Source: Lytechinus pictus | Taxonomy: Eukaryota | Assembly: GCF_037042905.1 (NCBI RefSeq) | Contig: NC_087246.1 | Span: 5,582,001-5,646,000 of the forward strand | Reading direction: 5' to 3' | DNA: 64,000 nucleotides | Shown: piece after piece, positions 59,500-64,000 of the stretch | Position numbering within the stretch: position 1 is the first letter of the stretch | Layout of the letters: each line of letters opens with the position of its first letter | The notes under the pieces: generated by a model | What the model saw: only the letters and a program-made list of their open reading frames with translations | What the model was told of the DNA's origin: nothing | The model's database searches: none | Program-made: the position numbers and the translations under genes

Positions 59500-60015
59500 G
59501 GTTGGTCAATCACTCGGTCTAAACATCAGATGGGCTAACCACATTCGGGCTAAACCCACTTAGTCCAATTCTCTTTTGGTCTAATAGCCAATTAGTCTAA
59601 TGACAACTTGGTCTAATAGCCACTTGGTCTAATGATCACTTGGTCTAATAGCCACTTGGTCTAATGCCAAGTTGGGCTAGTCGTCACTCGGTCTAATTGC
59701 CATTTCGTCTAAAGTATTTTTTTGTAACTTGTTCTTAATGCATTTGGTCTAATAGGCCTACCAGTTCGTCTAATAGTCGGTTGGTCTAATCCTCACTTGG
59801 TCCATTATTCATTTGGTCTATATTGCAGTTGGTATAATGTGCAGTTGGTCTATAATCCTCACTTGGTCAACTATTCAGTTGGTCTAATGTGCAGTTGGTC
59901 TAATTTCCATTTCAGCTAATCTCCACTTGGTCTAATTTCCGCTTCGGCTAATTTCCACTTGGTCTAATTTCCATATGGTCTAACATTCATTTCATCTACA
60001 AGCCATTTGGTCTAA
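59500..60015. repeat. Minisatellite of TTGGTCTAAT-core units (about 19 bp)
   Basis: Many degenerate CACTTGGTCTAAT repeats. Confidence 0.85.
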
Positions 60016-60593
60016 ATTGTTAAGTTTGCATGGTGACTTGTTTTCAATTTTCTGGAGAAATTTTTAAAGTTTTACTTTCCGCGCGCCGGCTTCGAATCTT
60101 CACACGCGCGCCCCTCGATATTGGAGTACAGTTAGAGTGACATATATTTCCATCCCCAAATTTTGAAAATATGGGGATTTTCACAAGCCTGTGGGAATTA
60201 AAAAAAATATATTTGGGGATTAAACAAACTTTGGGGATTTTATTGTCTGTTTCAGGGGATTTTTGAAGGTTTTGGTTCAAAACAATAAAATCTGTTATTT
60301 TTCGATAAAATAACGCTAAAATACGATCATGGAGGTGTACAAAATGTGATTTTTATTTATCCACCTCTATGTATACGATCTACTGTAGATAGTTAACGGC
60401 TGGCTTAACCCAATCAGGGTTCCCAGCTTTTCAGGAAAACAAAAAGTCCCTGATTTTTCTCTGATAAAGTTTTAAAATTCCCTGATAATTTTTTAAACCC
60501 ATTCCCAGTTTCTCATGTTTTCTTAGTTGTTGCAGTGAATTACATGTATTGTTATTATTTTTTATACACATATATCGGCATATTATTATTTTT

Positions 60594-63007
60594 GGGTCCA
60601 CCCGCCAGTCATAAGGACCACTGGTCATAATACCCGCTAGTTATAAGGACCGCTAATCATAATAGTCATAAGGGTCGCTATTCATAAGGGGCTTTGCTCA
60701 TCCATTATTATGATTTGCGAACCCTTTCTATTATTATGAATAGCGACACTCATCTACCATTATGACTGGCGAACCCCTTCTACTATTATGACTGGCGACC
60801 CTCATCCATTATTATGACTAGCGAACCCTTTCTCCTATTATGACTCGAGACCCTCATCCATTATTATGACTGGCGAACCCTTTCTCCTATTATGACTGGC
60901 GACCCTCATCCATTATTATGACTGGCGAACCCTTTCTATATACTATTATGAATAGCGACCCTCATCCATTATTATGACTGGCGAACCCTTTCTACTATTA
61001 TGAATAGCGACCTTCATCTACAATTATGACTGGCGAAGCCCTTCTACTATTATGACTGGCGAACCCCTTTTAGTATTATGACTGGCGACCCTCATCCACT
61101 GTTATGACTGGCGACCCTCATCCATTATTATGACTGGCGAACCCTTTCTACTATTATGAATAGCGACCCTCATCCACTATTATGACTGGCGACCCTCGTC
61201 CATTATTATGACTGGCATGAAAAGTGACCCTCATCTACCATTATGACTGGCGAACCCTTTCTATTATTATGAATAGCAACACTCATCTACCATTATGACT
61301 GGCGAACCCCTTCTACTATTATGACTGGCGACCCTCATCCATTATTATGACTGGCGAACCCTTTCTACTATTATGAATAGCGACCCTCATCCACTATTAT
61401 GACTGGCGACCCTCGTCCATTATTATGACTGGCGAACCCTTTTTACTATTATGAAAAGCGACCCTCATCTACCATTATGACTGGCGACCCTCATCCATTA
61501 TTATGACTGGCGAACCCTTTCTCCTATTATGACTGGCGACCCTCATCCATTATTAAGACTGGCGAACCCTTTCTATATAATATTATGAATAGCGACCCTC
61601 ATCCATTATTATGACTGGCGAACCCTTTCTACTATTATGAATAGCGACCTTCATCTACAATTGTGACTGGCGAAGCCCTTCTACTATTATGACTGGCGAA
61701 CCCCTTTTAGTATTATGACTGGCGACCCTCATCCACTGTTATGACTGGCGACCCTCATCCATTATTATGACTGGCGAACCCTTTCTACTATTATGAATAG
61801 CGACCCTCATCCACTATTATGACTGGCGACCCTCGTCCATTATTATGACTGGCATGAAAAGTGACCCTCATCTACCATTATGACTGGCGACCCTCATCCA
61901 TTATTATGACTGACGAACCCTTTCTACTATTATGACTGGCGACCCTCATCCACTATTATGACTGGCGAACCCCATCTACTATTTTGACTAGCGACCCTCA
62001 TCTACCATTATGACTGGCGAACCCCTTCTACTATTATGACTGGCGAACCCCTTTTAGTATTATGACTGGCGACCCTTATCCACTATTATGACTGGCGACC
62101 CTCATCCACTATTATGACTGGCGACCCTCATCCACTATTATGACTGGCGAACCCTATAAACTATTATGACTAGCGACCCTCATCTACCATTATAACTGGC
62201 GAACCCCTTCTACTATTATGACTGGCGACCCTCATCCATTATTATGACTGGCGAACCCTTTCTACTATTATGAATAGCGACCCTCATCCACTATTATGAC
62301 TGGCGACCCTCGTCCATTATTATGACTGGCGAACCCTTTTTACTATTATGAAAAGCGACCCTCATCTACCATTATGACTGGCGACCCTCATCCATTATTA
62401 TGACTGACGAACCCTTTCTACTATTATGACTAGCGACCCTCATCTACCATTTTGACTGGCGAACCCCTTCTACTATTATGACTGGCGAACCCCTTCTACT
62501 ATTATGACTGGCGAACCCCTTTTAGTATTATGACTGGCGACCCTCATCCACTGTTATGACTGGCGACCCTCATTCACTATTATGACTGGCGACCCTCATC
62601 CACTATTATGACTGGCGAACCCCATCTACTATTATGACTGGCGACCCTCATCCACTATTATGACTGGCGACCCTCATCCACTTTTATGACTGGCGACCCT
62701 CATCCACTATTATGACTGGCGAACCTCATCTACTATTTATGACTGGCGACCCTCATCCACTATTATGACTGGCGACCCTCATCCACTATTATGACTAGCG
62801 ACCACTAGCGTACCTACGGGGGGGCAGGGGGGGGGCACTCTGCCCCCCTGACGAGTCACAACCCATGCAAAAACGTATCTTTGCCCCCCCTGACGGACTT
62901 GAAAAACCTTTTTTGCCCCCCCTGACGAGCTTGAAGACTTTTTTTTTTTTTTTTTTTTTGCTTGTCAATTTTTTTATGGAACGAAATCCTTTATTTGTGA
63001 TCGAAGA

Positions 63008-63052
<45 letters not shown>

Positions 63053-63546
63053 TGTCAAATTTTTTGGCGGACGGTTTTGCCCCCCCTGTGGAAAATCCTA
63101 GGTACGCCACTGCTAGCGACCCTCATCTATCATTATGACTGGCGAACCCCTTTTACTATTATGACTGGCGAACCCCTTCTACTATTATGACTGGCGACCC
63201 GCATCCCCTATTATGACTGACGACCCTTATGATTAATGTAGCCTCTTCCTTTTTATGACTAGCGACCCTTATCTAGTATTATGAATACCGACCCTCATTG
63301 TTGATTATGACTAGCGATCCTTATGATCAATTACCCTTATGGTCCATTATGAATAGCGACCCTTATCTTGCATTATGAAAATCGGACCTTATGACTCATT
63401 GTCCTTATGACCTTATGACTAGTGACCCCTTTTGCCTATTATGACTAGCGAGCTTTTGGGTATAGGATTTTACACGTTATGACTAGCGGTCCTTATGACC
63501 AGTTAGTATTATGACTTATGGTCCTTATGACTGACGGGCTTATCCC
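60594..63546. repeat. TIR-bounded minisatellite element (26-27-bp unit TTATGACTGGCGACCCTCATCCACTA)
   Basis: About 2.5-kb array; ends GGG...CCCG(C/T)CAGTCATAAGGACCA are inverted copies of each other. Confidence 0.88.
62803..63112. mobile_element. hAT-like MITE inserted in the minisatellite
   Basis: Same family as 1917-2300; 8-bp TSD CTAGCGAC. Confidence 0.88.
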
Positions 63547-64000
63547 TGTATCCCGTACCAGTAGGCCTATACTTGTACTGTAGAAAAAGAGGCTACACTA
63601 AAAAGGAAACCTCACCATAACATGTCATTCAATGAATGTTGTTTTAATATACAACAAAATATAACAGAGTCTGATTGACTCGAGCTTTCGACTTTTGGGC
63701 CGATCGAAATTCCACGATTTTGCCCTCATTTGAGGCATTTTCACCTGATTTGAGACAATTCCCTGATTTTTCCCTTACTGGAAAAACGTTTTTGAAAAAA
63801 TCCCTGATTTCCTTGATTTCCCTGATGGGCTGGGAACCCTGCCAATCCATTTTAAGGAGGAGGCGAAGAAGTAGAACAAAAACAGAATGAGAAGATATAT
63901 AAGATGAATGACTACTGTGGTGATAACTGATAAAGGTCTGCAAGCGTAGACTATACTATGTTATTACACGTCAGAATGAGTCTTGGCTGCTACCAAAATG

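Larger units (their letters stand above)
60415..63841. mobile_element. TIR DNA element (outer layer of a nested stack)
   Basis: TIR CAGGGTTCCCAGC; CCCTGATTT subterminal motifs; 5-bp TSD CCAAT. Confidence 0.8.

Noticed and set aside
60700..63250. CRISPR-like 26-27-bp repeat array
   Set aside because: Contiguous degenerate tandem units without unique spacers or cas genes; a minisatellite.
63560..63943. Candidate signal-peptide first exon of the CUB-ZP gene
   Set aside because: The GTGAG donor near 63615 has only MTCY(G) after an in-frame stop, and the longer ORF runs into transposon sequence.

Overview
AT-rich, intron-containing animal DNA. The repeat types suggest a sea urchin or other echinoderm, which is an inference. 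Two convergent multi-exon genes fill the window. (1) + strand 4351-25904: a 24-exon nitric oxide synthase (NOS)-family gene that I spliced by hand into an uninterrupted 4173-nt ORF (about 1390 aa). It keeps the NOS oxygenase, FMN and FAD/NADPH domains and NOS-like intron positions. However, most known NOS functional residues are replaced: the heme-thiolate Cys is Ser with a new Cys two residues downstream, and the Zn CxxxxC motif, L-Arg Glu, BH4 Arg/Trp, calmodulin helix, FMN phosphate loop and FNR catalytic Cys are altered. It looks like a maintained pseudo-NOS or neofunctionalised NOS and is the main finding. (2) - strand 33666-57960, 5' end not located: a type I membrane protein with at least 8 CUB domains, a ZP module, a furin site, a TM helix and a short tail (CUZD1/DMBT1-like layout). 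Non-coding space is rich in TEs: a 4.5-kb foldback element, tRNA-derived SINEs, LINE remnants, hAT-, Kolobok-, Tc1/mariner- and CACTA-like MITEs, nested insertions, minisatellites, and a Penelope-like palindrome with minimal hammerhead motifs. Comparisons with vertebrate NOS are from memory (rat nNOS numbering) and were not computed.
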